NCBI GenBank assembly: GCA_016906335.1
Contig: JADEYG010000009.1
Span: 310,001 to 374,000 of the forward strand
Direction of reading: 5' to 3'
Source: Novakomyces olei
Taxonomy: Eukaryota
DNA length: 64,000 nt
Within the stretch, counting starts at the first letter, position 1, and each line of letters begins with the position of its first letter. The translations under genes and the position numbers were made by a program. Below the pieces are notes generated by a model. It saw nothing but the letters and a program-made list of their open reading frames with translations, did not search any database and had not been told where the DNA came from. Shown here piece after piece: positions 1-13,059 of this stretch.

Positions 1-813
1 AGTAAAGGCAAGCAAAAAAAAAGTCGTTGAAATAGAACTCGTAAAGCAGATAAACAATCACAAAAGTAGCATTGATTACACAAAGCAGCCAAATTTGTAA
101 ATCGCTTACCAATGAGCAAAGTCACTTGAGACCACAAACGTATTGGCTGGATCATCAAGGTAAGAGGCCAGCAGTTCTCCGTACTCTTGTTCTTGCCTTG
201 CTGTTATTGCGCCAACTAGTATAGGCACAACAGTAATATCGTGCTCTGCGAATATTTTACGAATGTAGGGCAAATGCATCTCGATCGAATGCTCATCCTC
301 ATCCACATCCAGGGCCATTTGCGAAAACTTTCCGGTCTGCAAAAGTTCTCCTTTTACTATCTGTAAGTAAACTAAGCTTCAATCGTCTCTCACCCTTCTC
401 ATCAAGCGGCAAAGGGCCTAAGGGTGTAGCATACGTCTGGCAACGCGATACGGCACAGTCTTCAAGGTAAGCGTGGTGGCTCGGACCGAGAATGAATACG
501 CGCCGGCTTTTATGAGAACAGATACACTATATTTCACAAAAGAAGAGCATACGTGTATCTCGTGTCCAGCCCGGCGTAGGCCCAGGCGGCAGTCGGGCCC
601 GAGTACGTGTACCCAGCATGGCTACCTTCCTTAGCAAATTCGCCACAATGAAACAACTCACGGTGCAATTATGATTCGGCAGTCTTCAATTTGCCTCTTT
701 TCCTCGGGAACGCGGTCCAAGTAACGGTCAAGCTCAGCATTGAGGGCCGATTTTGAGCCTGTGTACCAAGAATCCGCATGCGTCGCCGTCCGTGTTGCCA
801 TCCTGGCTGCCAT
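1..813 (-). CDS. MEMO1: MEMO1/Mho1-family protein, multi-exon, 3' end runs off the left edge of the window
   Basis: Spliced translation from ATG 813: MAARMATRTATHADSWY...RIIIAP|HAGYTYSGPTAAWAY...|RRVFILGPSHH...|...DEDEHSIEMHLPY...VVSSDFAHW. These are hallmark MEMO motifs. Introns are ~40-nt GT-AG (e.g. 661-622). Confidence 0.95.
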
Positions 814-866
814 TGTGGAGTAGTATGATGTAAGCGTCGTAATTAAATAATTAAATAATTAATTAG

Positions 867-1041
867 TTGAATAATTGAATAATTGAATAATTGAATAATT
901 GAATAATTGAATAATTGAATAATTGAATAATTGAATAATTGAATAATTGAATAATTGAATAATTGAATAATTGAATAATTGAATAATTGAATAATTGAAT
1001 AATTGAATAATTGAATAATTGAATAATTGAATAATTGAATA
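867..1041. repeat. (TTGAATAA)n 8-mer tandem repeat, about 22 copies
   Basis: Perfect tandem array read directly from the MEMO1/MIC60 divergent intergenic region. Confidence 0.98.
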
Positions 1042-1230
1042 GCCAACTCTGAACTGCTCAATATTTCAAACCTCATTAAAAGTGTTTTTTTACAACATAT
1101 TCGCAATACATTAGTTTATTTCATTATTTTATATCATTATTCATTTATGCTATTACATGAGAATTGTCTGCAATCCGTACGACAGAAGGCCCATAAAATG
1201 TTGAGCCTTAACTATGAGCTTAATAAACGT

Positions 1231-1313
1231 ACAGTAAAACAGTAAAAATTATAGTCAAAAGTACAGTAAAAAGTATAGTAAAAAGTATAGTAAAAAGTAT
1301 AGTAAAAAGTGTA
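1231..1313. repeat. Degenerate 12-mer tandem repeat (TAGTAAAAAGTA)n
   Basis: Read directly from the sequence. Confidence 0.9.
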
Positions 1314-1455
1314 TAGGAGAACATATAAAACAGTAAAATGTCGAATTATAGTGGAGTAGAAACTTACAGAGGGCATACTGACATTATTTATCGTCTTTTT
1401 TATAGTAATAAGGGAAATACTGTACACATTACGGGATCACTACAGCCTTCACGAG

Positions 1456-3542
1456 ATGCTGTCGCGAGCTGTCCGGCGGCCATTGGCTCCGCGCCGGCGC
1501 ATATACGCGACTGGAAACGCCATTGACGTAAGATCTTTGCGCAATAGCACCGTCATACTAACCGTGTCAAAATGCAGGTACGAGCATTTACAAAAAGTGC
1601 AGTATACGCAAACTTCCGGCCGAGTCGCAGCTTAAACGCCTCTGGAAAACCCGCAGATGTTGGTGCCAATGGCGTCAGCACTTATGGGCTCGGCCAAGAG
1701 CACGAGGATGAAAGTGCAGGCAAGACTGAACCTGCACCGGTTCCCGGTCTAGCTATCGGAGCGAGGAACGAGGCCCCTACGACAAGTCGCCCGGAACGGC
1801 TGGAACAGCCTCGTCCAATTGCTGATATCGAGCCAGGTTCGCCGGCAATAAACCGAGTAGAGGGCTCCTTAAAGCCGGGCGGCGATGTTTCTCCGGCCGA
1901 GTCTGTCGCTTCTGCCTCCTTCCCTGCTCCTCCTGGGCCTCAGCCAGCTAAACGCCGATTTCGATTCCGAAATTTACTGCTAGCGGCCAGCTTTGTGGGC
2001 GCTGCTTTTGTCGGGGGCAGTTACTACGCTACTCAAGACGAAACGTTTGCCACTTTTTTCGTCGAGTACGTTCCGTACGGTGAGAGGGCCTATAATACGC
2101 TGCAGGAACGTAACTTTGCCCGCAAGTACCCTGACATTAACCGTCGACTAAACACACGGGACTATGTTCTTGTCGGTACGGAGCCCCTAAAGAGTCACAG
2201 ACTGTTGGACCAAGAGCATAAGCAGGAACAGCAAAGCCGGGAATTGAAACGGGAGGTAAAAGCAGCTGACAAGAAACCAAAGGAATCCGGCAAGGAGGAA
2301 AAGAGCACGGGTCCCCACGTTTCTGCTCTAGCGGCTGCAGAAACATCGGCTGCTTCTGGTGGTGCTGCTACTGCTCCAAGTGTTGATGCGCCAGTTACCT
2401 CGGCAACTGTACCCAATCCTGTGCCTCAATGGGTATCGCCTTTTGCTCTAGAGTCGGATGCAGATCCGATAGTGGCAAAGATAGGAAAGTCCCTAAATGG
2501 CCTTATTCAATTGGTGAATGAAAAGGGACAGGCGGATAATTTCCGCCCTGCTATTGACACCTGCAAGTCGGAACTTTATGCTCTGAGCTCTCGTATTAAT
2601 GATATCCGTGCGGACACGAGCCAAAAGGCCCGTGTAGAATTCGAAAAACAGATTGAGCTCATGTCGACTCAGCAATTGGCCCTTGAAAAGCAATTGGAAC
2701 GGGAGCTGGGCGAGCAGCAGCAAGAGTTCAACAAGTTACTGGAACACGAACGTCATTCGCTAAGTAATGCTTTTAATGAGAAATTGGCCTACGAAATGGA
2801 AGCGCAAGCACGGCTGGCAGAACAAAAATACCACAATGAATTGATTGATCAGATAATCAGCCTTCAGCGCCGCTGGACTCGTGATATACGATCACGGGTG
2901 GAGCAGGAGCGTGGCGGCCGACTGGCCAAGTTGGATGTTTTGCAAAAGAAATTAAAAGAGCTAGAAATTGTGGGCGAGAAGTCTGCTGATGCGCTGGAGA
3001 CAAGTCATGCTGCTCATGATGCCTTTGTAGCTGCTGCAAGTCTGCACAATGCTGTTGATTCCGATAGTAGAAAATCTTTTGAAAAAGAACTATTAGCACT
3101 GCGTGATTTGGCAGTTAAAGATGAATTGGTTGCAGTTGCCCTCGCCTCGATTCGTCCGGAGTCTTTCCAAGACGGAATTGTTCCAGCAAGTGAGCTGGCG
3201 GATAAGTTTAGTGCCGTAGCTGAGGAAATTAAAAAGGTATCTCTCCTCCCTGACGAAGCTGGAGTAGCTGGTCATGCTGCCAGCTGGCTGTTTTCTTCCC
3301 TGCTGTTCTCTCCCCGGGGAATGGTCACTGGATCAGATGTTCCTTCTATCCTTGCACGTGCTGAAACGAGCCTGGATCGTGGCGATATTGACGGGGCTGC
3401 TCGTCAACTCAACCAGCTTCAAGGCTGGGCCAAAGTGCTTGCAACTACTTGGCTGGATGAGGCTCGCCGACATTTGGAAGCAAAGCAAGCTGCTGATATT
3501 ATTCAGACAAATATTTTGCTGGAGCAATTGCGCTATCTATAG
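1456..3542 (+). CDS. MIC60: MICOS subunit Mic60 (mitofilin), 2 exons: 1456-1527 and 1578-3542
   Basis: TM segment (LLLAASFVGAAFVGGSYYA), then FFVEYVPYGE, a coiled coil, ER.GRLAKL and a C-terminal mitofilin domain (ARQLNQLQGWAKVLATTWLDEARRHLE). An upstream exon MLSRAVRRPLAPRRRIYATGNAID joins in frame through the GTAAGA..CTAAC..CAG intron at 1528-1577. Confidence 0.93.
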
Positions 3543-3633
3543 AGGGCAGTTGAGCACTGTGTATCTCAATATACCTTGATCATCGTATTTTCGTGAATAA
3601 TTGTAGCACGTAGTCATACTAGTTGTACGTAAA

Positions 3634-3732
<99 letters not shown>
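3634..3732. repeat. (ATT)33 microsatellite
   Basis: Read directly from the sequence, just upstream of RIC8. Confidence 0.98.
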
Positions 3733-3774
3733 TTATTTTTTTGATCTACTCATGCACAAATCGCGCGTGGGGTA

Positions 3775-5712
3775 ATGCCGGAGGAGACTGTAGGTTCATT
3801 ACTGTCTCAACTCGAATCGCTTTGTGAGAAGTTGGATGGTAATTGCGCTTTCAGATCCAATTGCAAACCTGAATTTTAGATGCAGCTTCGTTGAACCGTA
3901 TTAATTCAATACTGCCGCCTTTGGTTCTGGCAAGTCGGGATGCTAGCAACGCTCGACAACTATTTCAGGTAGATTTATACTGATTCTTCTTTGCTTACAG
4001 AAAACAGAAAATAAATGTTTTTTGCTGTCTTGCCTTTTGCGTGGACGGCAGTGCTGTCGAAGAAAAAACGAGCGATGAGGCTATTCGCTGTGTCGCCAAT
4101 TCTCTATTCTACATCCACGGCACGTCCTCACTCGAATGGTCTCGTTGGGGTTATTTAATTGCATCAAAGTTTGCAAGGGTTTGTCTAAAAGGGAGCTTTT
4201 ATTTCGCGTTTGTTTTATTTGCACTTTATTTAAATTCGTTTGTTTGTATATCGACATAAAAGCGCTAAGCTTGCAGTTGAGCAGATTACCGTTCGGGAAC
4301 AGCCTGTTTTACATTTCTAGAGCAATTTTCCTGCTGACGGTCAACCCTCAGCACGTGAAAGATTTTGGGAATGGCGGATTGGAACTCGTCGTTCAGCGAA
4401 TTTCAGAGGTAGGTGTTTGCCAATATTACTTTGCTTATAATAATAGCTCGTTCCTTACCTTCGACAGAAGACTATATCGCATTTGTCGGGGGTAGAACGT
4501 TCGATTTTCAACGATAATTTAAAGACTTTATACAACGCTAAAGCTCATGTTTCATTGTCGTGGTATGGAAAAGCAGTGTGCAAGCATAAAAGCCTTAATT
4601 TTGATTGTGTTGTTGCTTTAGACTTTATCTTCTCTCTTTCCTGACTTTCTAATTTTGTTTTACATTTTTTTTTGTATTAGTAATTTTATGATCACACTCC
4701 TAACCATACAGTGAAATAAATTGCAATGAAGTACTGCGATACTGGTTCACGACGGATGTCGCTTCTTGTGCGCAAAATTACTTAGAGCACGACAACATAG
4801 TGCAAGCAGTCTTGGTCGTAGCGAGTCTTTCTCTATTTGCCGGTGAAAGCATTCACAATGACGGATTTTGCGATAGATCTGATCTAATAATGACTTTGCG
4901 CCTTACAAGTCTTGTATTCCCAAAGGTCTTTACTGATGAAAAACAAGACCTCGTCAGCCGTATAATTATTTTATTGACGCGATGCAGTCTGATTATGAAC
5001 TTAACAAATTCTATATTTGGCACGGATTCTGAGCTGGACCAATTCTTTGTTCCAAGCACAAGGTAATAAGACTTTGAATATGTCATGTTTAATAATAGGG
5101 ATATTCCTCTTGGACAAGACGGTAGCTTTATCGGACTATTATTAAGATACTGCCAGCAAGAGCCATTGAGCTCGTTGGCCTCCAGCATTTATCGTATGCT
5201 TTACCAGTATGCGGGCAATGGTATGAATAATCTATTAATAAATAAATTGCTTATATATGTTTTCTTTGTTCATTTATTTTATTTTATTTTATTTTATTTT
5301 ATTTTATTTTATTTTATTTTATTTTATTTTATTTTATTTTATTTTATTTTATTTTATCTACTAATGACGACAGGTCGGCGATACATTGAGATGGTAGGAT
5401 TCGGTCATGCGGCAGGTTACCTACATCTCATCCGTGAGAGTGAGCAACTGGAAAACATGCCACGCGCCTATGAAGATTTTAATCTAGTTACGGGGCAAAA
5501 TTGGTCAAAAGCAGAGGAAAGTAGCATTAATTCGCACATTTCAGAAATGACAGAGGAAGAAAAAGAGCGTGAGGCAGAGCGGCTTTTTGTTCTTTTTGAA
5601 AGGTAAATAATGATACATATTTATAAATCTAACATAAAACAGACTGGAAAAGAACGGGCTTTTAAGAGCAGAAAATCCAGTACGCGCAGCACAGCGAAGA
5701 GGCGAGCTTTAA
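3775..5712 (+). CDS. RIC8: Ric-8/synembryn G-alpha GEF and chaperone, about 9 exons
   Basis: Exons join via GT-AG introns to give EAIRCVANSL..., VGFGHAAGYL, NLVTGQ and EMTEEEKEREAERLFVLFER|LEKNGLLRAENPVR, the diagnostic Ric8 C-terminus. The start codon is inferred. Confidence 0.9.
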
Positions 5713-5905
5713 AGCACCCGAATCGATTGATCATAATACAGTTGAAATAATAGACTTACATAGAGATTGGACGTTGTTTTAGCGATAAATGTATTGTTTT
5801 GCTCTTTCTTATTTAATAGCCGTGTTTTAATCATCTTACATGTCCTTGATAAATTATACTTTATTATACATAAATTCATTATTTTACTGTCATACTTCTA
5901 ATATT

Positions 5906-6030
5906 GTTTTTTTTTTTTTGGTTTTTTTTTTGGTTTTTTTTTTTGGTTTTTTTTTTGGTTTTTTTTTTTTGGTTTTTTTTTTGGTTTTTTTACTTTTATT
6001 TTTATTTTATTTTATTTATTTATTTATTTT
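5906..6030. repeat. Poly-T/(GGTTTTTTTTTT)n low-complexity tract
   Basis: Read directly from the sequence between RIC8 and SLC1. Confidence 0.9.
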
Positions 6031-6242
6031 TCTCATGATACTACACTTTATTATTTGCTCATTAATTATTGTTCTTTTTGTTGTTCTTTTTGTTGTTCTT
6101 TTATCAAAGTTCTTTCATTTTTCTTTTACACGAAATCTGTGTAAATATAGACACGGTTTCAAGCACAAGGTATTTGTACTGGTCCAATACGATAATTTTA
6201 TTAATCCATATTTAAATAAAACCACATGAATCCGGACATTGT

Positions 6243-7611
6243 ATGATGCTCCTCATCGTCAAGGTGCTTTTGTACTTTACCTTGTGGACCGCATCAATGT
6301 CGGTTCTTGGAAAATACGTCCAGTTCTTCCGTTTCTACTTCCGGGCCGGGGCCGGACTTGCCAGTATTATTGCTTGTGCTTCTTACGGGGTTTGTGCTTC
6401 AATTGTTCTTCGTATCGCTGGCCGCCCGGGAATCGCGCAATGGGCTACCGCTCGAGCTTTCAAGACTCTTGCCTCACCTCTTGTCGGGATAAGGTTTGCC
6501 ATTGAGGGTGAAGAAAAGCTCGCTGCCCATCGGCCATGCGTATTCATCTCGAACCATCAAACAGAATTGGATATTCTGATGCTGGGATGGCTTTTCCCAA
6601 AGTATTGCAGTGTTACTGCTAAAAAGAGCTTGAAGTATATCCCTTTTCTCGGGTGGTTTAGTATGTAACGCTTGGATCTATTTTATTATTTTATTTTTCT
6701 CCATTTTTTTTTTTCTTTTTTTCTTTTTTTCATTTTTTATTTCATTTTTTTTGATTATTTAATTATTATAATTTACTTTCTTTTATCCTTTCTCTGTTAT
6801 TTGATTTGTGTTCTTTATACTTTCCAGTCTCCATCTAATTTGATATTGTATTACATCGTTACTCTACGATATAAAAAGTTCATATTTGCTAAAACTCAAA
6901 AAGTGGGACTCAGCGGAACTGTCTTTATCGACCGTGCGAATCATGCTGGCGCTATGCGTATTTTTGATAGAGCCGTTGACCATATGCGGTCACAGCGTCA
7001 GTCAGTGTGGATCTTCCCCGAAGGCACTCGATCCTATTTCACGATTCCTGACCTACTTGCTTTTAAGAAAGGTGCTTTCCACCTGGCTGTACAGGCCGGC
7101 TGCCCTATTGTCCCTATAGTGGTTCAAAACTATTCGCACTTGTTTAACATTCGGGAAAGGCGGTTTGAATCGGGAACAATTCACGTTAAGGGTAGGCCTT
7201 TTGTGTTTCATCACAGTCTTACATTAAACAAGTCTTTTTGTCTGTAAATTTGACTTGATATGTATACTGATGTTTTAACATTAATTTACTCCACTTGTTG
7301 GCAACTACGTGTGATAAATATCGCTCAAATGATTTATCTCATTCTATGTTCATTTCATATTCATTTTTCTCAATCATCTTCATTATATCTTTTAAAATTT
7401 CCAACAGCTTCCGGACTGACTCTAACGAACAGTGCTCGACCCCGTAGAGACAAAGTCGGCCAGTACAGCAACTGTGGATGAACTGTGTGCCGAGGTTCGC
7501 AGTAAAATGCTGGAAGAGCTGATCGAATTGAACAGGGAAGGACCAGACACGACGACAGAGGAGACGCCTTTGTCTGCCAGCTATGAGCGCCTGGTAGAAA
7601 CCCGAGACTGA
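6243..7611 (+). CDS. SLC1: 1-acyl-sn-glycerol-3-phosphate acyltransferase, 3 exons
   Basis: PlsC motifs NHQTELD, FIDR, IFPEGTRS and FKKGAFHLA. Splicing restores WFMGLSGTVFIDR and VKVLDPVET. Stop TGA at 7609-7611. Confidence 0.95.
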
Positions 7612-7993
7612 GGTGACGATCGGTCTTGAGAATTGTAAACTTTGTTTCACTACAGTAGCAGTTTATTTGAAACAGTGGCTATCGATAAATAATATACAAG
7701 AAACTGGAAATAATAAAAAAACATTATATGTGGATAAGAATATACGTCAGCCATAAAGTGTCGTCGTAACCGTTTATCGATACTAACAGCAAATAGCTTT
7801 CTGTTCATACTAATTTCATCTGGTGTAGATACTCATCGCTAATGTATGGGCGGGCTATATCTGGACCCGAACGTATTGCACATCATTTCACGGATACAAA
7901 AATAATTTTAATATAAATAATACAATATATATAGACAAATATGCAATAGGAGCCCTGCCCTCTATAAGCACAGGCAATCTAAGTCGCACGGCT

Positions 7994-10900
7994 TCAAACT
8001 CCGTCCCACTCTCCGCTACGTAAAAGATTACGGAAAACTCCCGATTGTGTACTGAGGCGATCAAACGAGCCCTCTTGAACAATTCGGCCCTGATCAAGAA
8101 CGACGATATGCTGAGCATTCTGCATTAAAGCGCTCGAGTGCGTGACGACAATTACAGTCACATTGCGCAAAGCGTTGATTGTCTGCCTTATTATGTCTCC
8201 GGATTCTGCGTCCAGGGCAGAAGTGCATTCGTCTAAGACTAAAACTTTAGGGTTAGGGTAAAGAGCTCGGGCAATACAGAGCCTCTGCGCTTGGCCCCCA
8301 GACAAGCGGGTGGAATCCTGCCCGACAATTGTCATAAAGCCCTCGGGTAAAGACTCAATATACTCGCGAATATTTGCCTGCTCCGCAACCCGCTGCAGCC
8401 TGTCCATATCGATCTCTGTAGAAGGGTAAGCAATATTGTGTGCGATTGACATTTTGAAAATTGTGCAGTTTTGTGGAACGACCGCGATGGAACAGGATTT
8501 TTCATTTGAATTATAATCAACGGAGTTTCCGTCCAGTTGAATTGACGAATTGCTGCTCAAAAGGCTTTTGGAGTAAAGGCCCAAAAGGCTGGCGACAATT
8601 GTGCTTTTTCCCGAGCCAGACGCTCCTACAATGACGCACTTTGAACCTGCTTCCACACGGAAAGTAATATCGTCCAGCGCCAAACTTGCTTTGTCTGGAT
8701 ACCGGAAGGAAACGTGTTCAAAGGAAATCGCTCCTTTTCCGCCTGCCGATAATGACGTGGAGGGATCGTCACTTGTTACTGAATGCCTTTCTCCAGAAAT
8801 GCCTTCTATTCTCGTTTCTTTTCGATCATTGCCCACAGACGCTTTACCCATACAGACACCATTCGCAAAATCGTTACTGTACAAGGCGACAATACGACGA
8901 CTGGCGACAAAAGCTTTTTCTATTTGTGGTACAAACGAAAGAAGCTGTGATGATGTTGTCATTGAAAATAAGATTAAACTGAACGTTGTCAGCATTTTGT
9001 TGACTGTGTATTCGCCTCTCAAAACAAGGATGACTCCAACCCATATTACAAGCGCTGAGATTGTTAATCTTAATTCAATATAGCTATTTTCGTCTTTTGA
9101 CTTATTTTCTTATTTGCTTATTTAATAATTTCGCCATCATACTTCTGTTCGTGTCTTCATTTCTTCATCACACTACTCACCTTTTGACCAATGGCCCATT
9201 GCTTCCAGTAAAGCATAGCATAGTGCACTACACAGTGCTCTTCTTTGCCCTTCGTTATAACAAAGACTATACAGCAAATCTACTTTATCATAGACAAGCT
9301 GCTCTAGATATAAGCTTTTAATCGTACACATTTTGAGAATATATTCTTGCGTAGTAGCAGAGCATTTGTCGGTGAGAGACTAGGCTATTAGTATCTTAAA
9401 GAAAGCAAATTAATTGGAAAGGTTAGTAGCGTGACATAATGTAAATTATTAAACATTTAATTGAATAAAAATGAAAGTTCCTACCTGAGTCCTCTCCTCG
9501 GTCCAATTAGAAACCCAAGAAAATAATTTGCTGCAGGCTAAAAGCACAGGTGCGACGGCAATCATGACCAGCGAAAGTTTCCATCCAGAAACAAATCCCC
9601 ATACGAGACCGACGAGGGCCATGAAAACTGCGACAAGAATATTGCCCAAAAATTTCCCCAAAATGTTACGCATTTCTTCCGTATCATTAACAACAAGTCT
9701 TGTAAGCACTTGAGGCGAAAGGCCAGCGTCGTCAAACACAGACAGATCACAAGCTAAAATACGGCTAAAAGCTCCGTTGCGTAAAGACTCGATCCACCGA
9801 GCGGAAACGTATTCCAAACAGACAATCTGTAAAAAAGAAAAAACTCCGCTAAGAATAGCAAGCAAAAGCACACAGAGGGCCCATTTCACTGAGGCCTTCG
9901 AGTCCATAGCGTGGAAAAATAAATTGAGAAGCTGTGATAAAACAAAGGCAAATATGGGTGTCATGGCTCCCTCACAAAGGCACATTGCAATGCCCAGTAC
10001 AAGAAGCCATTTCTTTTTCTTCTGAATTTGGTTAAGAGCAAAATTGAACAAGGCGAGCAACGATATTTTATCGGTTTTTTCCCGGTCAGAAAACAGTACA
10101 GCACTAACTAGACCGTATTCTGTATCGCTGCTGCCCGCTGCGACGGGCTTCTCCTTGTCTGAAACAGGTTTGCCTCCTAATTTTCGTTTTGTTTGAGCCA
10201 TATTGCCCTGTTCAAGAACCCCGTCCTCATCAAGGTCTCCATGTTTTTGCCAGAAAGTTGCCTCCTCGTCCGTTGCTCCAATCCACCATTGTCCGAAATT
10301 CTGTGGCGTGATTTTGCTCTGATCATGTTGCAAAGACACTTTATCCGTACCAGTATCGTTTGTTTCCCAGCTCAATGTGGACTCCAGTATTGACTGCTCT
10401 TTTTCATCATTATTCTGATTTAATTGTCCATCCCTTATACTCCCCTGGTCGACAATTTGCAGGTTCTGCAGCTTATATACCATTGAATCCGTGTTGCTTG
10501 CCAACTGAAATGCGTAGCCTTGTTCTCGAATCTGTCCATCTTGAAGGACATAGACAAAGGCATCGTCTTCAATCGCAGGCAGATCGTGAGTTATAAAAAT
10601 CGTCGATTTGCCACGCCGAAAGGCTTTGATAGCATCCATACAAAGCGACCGGGCCACATTGTCCAGAGCAGATCCAATTTCGTCAAGTACAAGAACTGGA
10701 GGGTTTCGGTACAAAGCTCTTGCTAGTGTTATTCTCTGCTTTTGCCCTCCAGAAAGATTTGTTTGGGGTCCAATCACAGTATCGCGCCCGTTTTCGAGTC
10801 GCGAAAACACCTCGGTGCACATTGATATGCGTATAGCCTCCTCTGCCCTTGCGACCTGAATCTCATCGTTTGCGTCCCACATTGGGGACCAAACAATATT

Positions 10901-12572
10901 CTCAAACGCAGTCATGTTCTCGAACAATATGCCATTCTGCTCAACGTAAAGGACGTTCTCCCGAACGTACTCGTCTGAGATCACAGTTGAAGGATGATCG
11001 TCATACGAAATTGTGCCTTCAACAGGTTCAATAAGACCGGCGATCAACTGCCCTACGGTTGATTTTCCAGAGCCAGATTTACCAATCAAATAACAGTTTT
11101 CAAAGGCAGGGAAGAACATGGAAATATTGTGCAAAACACCAATGTCAGGCCTTTCGTCGTAGTAGAAGGATACCTAAAGTTAGAGGGGCTGATAAATTTG
11201 AAACAATAATGATGTATAAATAATGAATGAATAAATAAATTAAATTAAATTAAATTAAATTAAATTAAATAGAATCAATAACGATAACAACAAAAATAAC
11301 TAAAATCACTAAATCGGCAAGTATAAACCAAATTATTCGACTTACATTGTACAAGCAGACGTCTCCCTGTAGCGAAAGCGGAGGCTTGATGGTCATACCG
11401 TCATTAGTCTGCCGAGTCTGTACAATCTCCTTTAGATCTCGAGCTGCGCCCTTGCCTCGCTCTAAAAAAGGCATTTCAGGCAAGAGAGCATTCAACGCAT
11501 TTGCGGCATTCAAACAGGCCCAAAAAACGGTTATGGTATCACCAGCATTTAATTCACCACGAGAGACCAAATGTGCTCCAAACCAAAAGCCTTGCACAAA
11601 CATGCTCAGAATTATAGCTTTAACCAGGCCTTGTTGTAGGCCAAGACAAGTCATAAATGCAGTGTAAGAGTGTGACGCAGTACTGAAAAATTCAGCAGCC
11701 AACTTTGTATGATACGTAGCAGATCGAAAGCACTTTATAACAAAAATGGCTTCTATAGATCGGCAAACAAAATCACTGCCGTGCTCGGTCGCATCTTTCT
11801 CTGCGTCCAAGCACCTTATACTCCGTTGAGACGTAAGCGCAAACGCAAGTAGCACCACGGGGAAAGACGCCATAATTACTAGAGTAAGCTTCCAGGAAAC
11901 GGCAAAAGCCAGGACCAGAGAGGCAATAAACTCTGTGAAAGCACGAACAGCGTACGCAAACGGCTGTGAAAGCCCTAATTTAAGGTCTTGCAGATTTCTA
12001 AAGTTAGATTTACAAATAGTTTATTGATTAACGAATAATGGCACTCTTCAAGATAGAGAAATCAATTTTTTGCTTTCTCTTACTCCTCCATCATTGCCTT
12101 CTTTTCCTTACTTGTCAACGCGAGCTAGGTGGCCTGCAAGGCCAGCAGCTGCCCGAAACTGTTTATTAAAAAAAGCACGAGGCACAGACCGTTGGCATCG
12201 ATGGAAGACACGTTCGCCCGTCAAAAGGCTAAAGTACAAGAGTGAGAAATTTGCTAAAAGGCTAATAAGCCCTAGACAAGCAATCCCACTCGTGTACTGT
12301 GTCAGTTGGTGCCGCATATGCGCCTTTGTGGTTCGGCCTTGAGAGTATTGAGAAAGGGCACCAAACACGAGACCGAGCAGTTTAGTCAATGTCGGGTCCA
12401 CGAGCCCCACCACCACTGAGCTCAAGGCGGCCGGAGCGGCCGAGCTCTTGGCATATTTTACAAAATATAGTAAATCTGACCACGTCGACGGAGGAGCTGC
12501 CGTCTCATCGGCACCGTCTACAGACACAAATGAAATAGTCGCACTTTTGTTTGGTGCCGAGGGCTCTGACAT
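7994..12572 (-). CDS. STE6: Full-length ABCB transporter, Ste6/Mam1-like lipopeptide pheromone exporter, multi-exon
   Basis: TMD-NBD-TMD-NBD layout. Walker A motifs GKSGSGKST and GASGSGKST, signatures LSGGQKQR and LSGGQAQR. Ste6-family features include MFVQGFWFG, ITVFWACL, LDECTSALD and the GEW C-terminus. An internal exon (SLTDKCSATTQEYILKMCTIKSL...) is recoverable at ~9181-9380. Confidence 0.85.
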
Positions 12573-13059
12573 TCGCCGTGCAAAGTTCCTACAAGAGCCT
12601 CGCTCAATCGGAAAAGGTACAAACGGAAGTACAAACGGAAAAGGTACAGACGAAAGAGGTACAGACGCTTAGAGCTTGCAATTGCGCAAGGCCGAGCCTT
12701 TTTATCTTTTGCATCTCTTGTGCCTTTGCCCATTCACGAAGCCCATTCACGAAACTAATAGCATTTTCAAGGCCGATAAATAGTGCACAAGTGCACGAAC
12801 TATAATGACGCTCAAGTGTCTGTCTGAGAAAGTCGCTGATAGCGAGTATCGAGGCCAGTTTGCTTGCTCATCTCCAATGCAATGCCAAAGTTACTCATTG
12901 CCGTCGCATCGATAGACAAAATGATGGGCAATCATATTATCGATTTAATATAAGGGTGTTATACTGTCGTCATTTATATTTGATTTGGTATATATATTAG
13001 TCTATGTAGTTTATTTATTATTATATTCTTTATCGATTACATGCCGTGCTAGTCTTAAT

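Noticed and set aside
843-1106. 87-aa ORF with IIQLFNYS repeats
   Set aside because: It is a translation of the 8-mer tandem repeat, not a gene.
5840-6229. Phe-rich 129-aa ORF resembling a membrane protein
   Set aside because: It is an artefact of poly-T low-complexity DNA.
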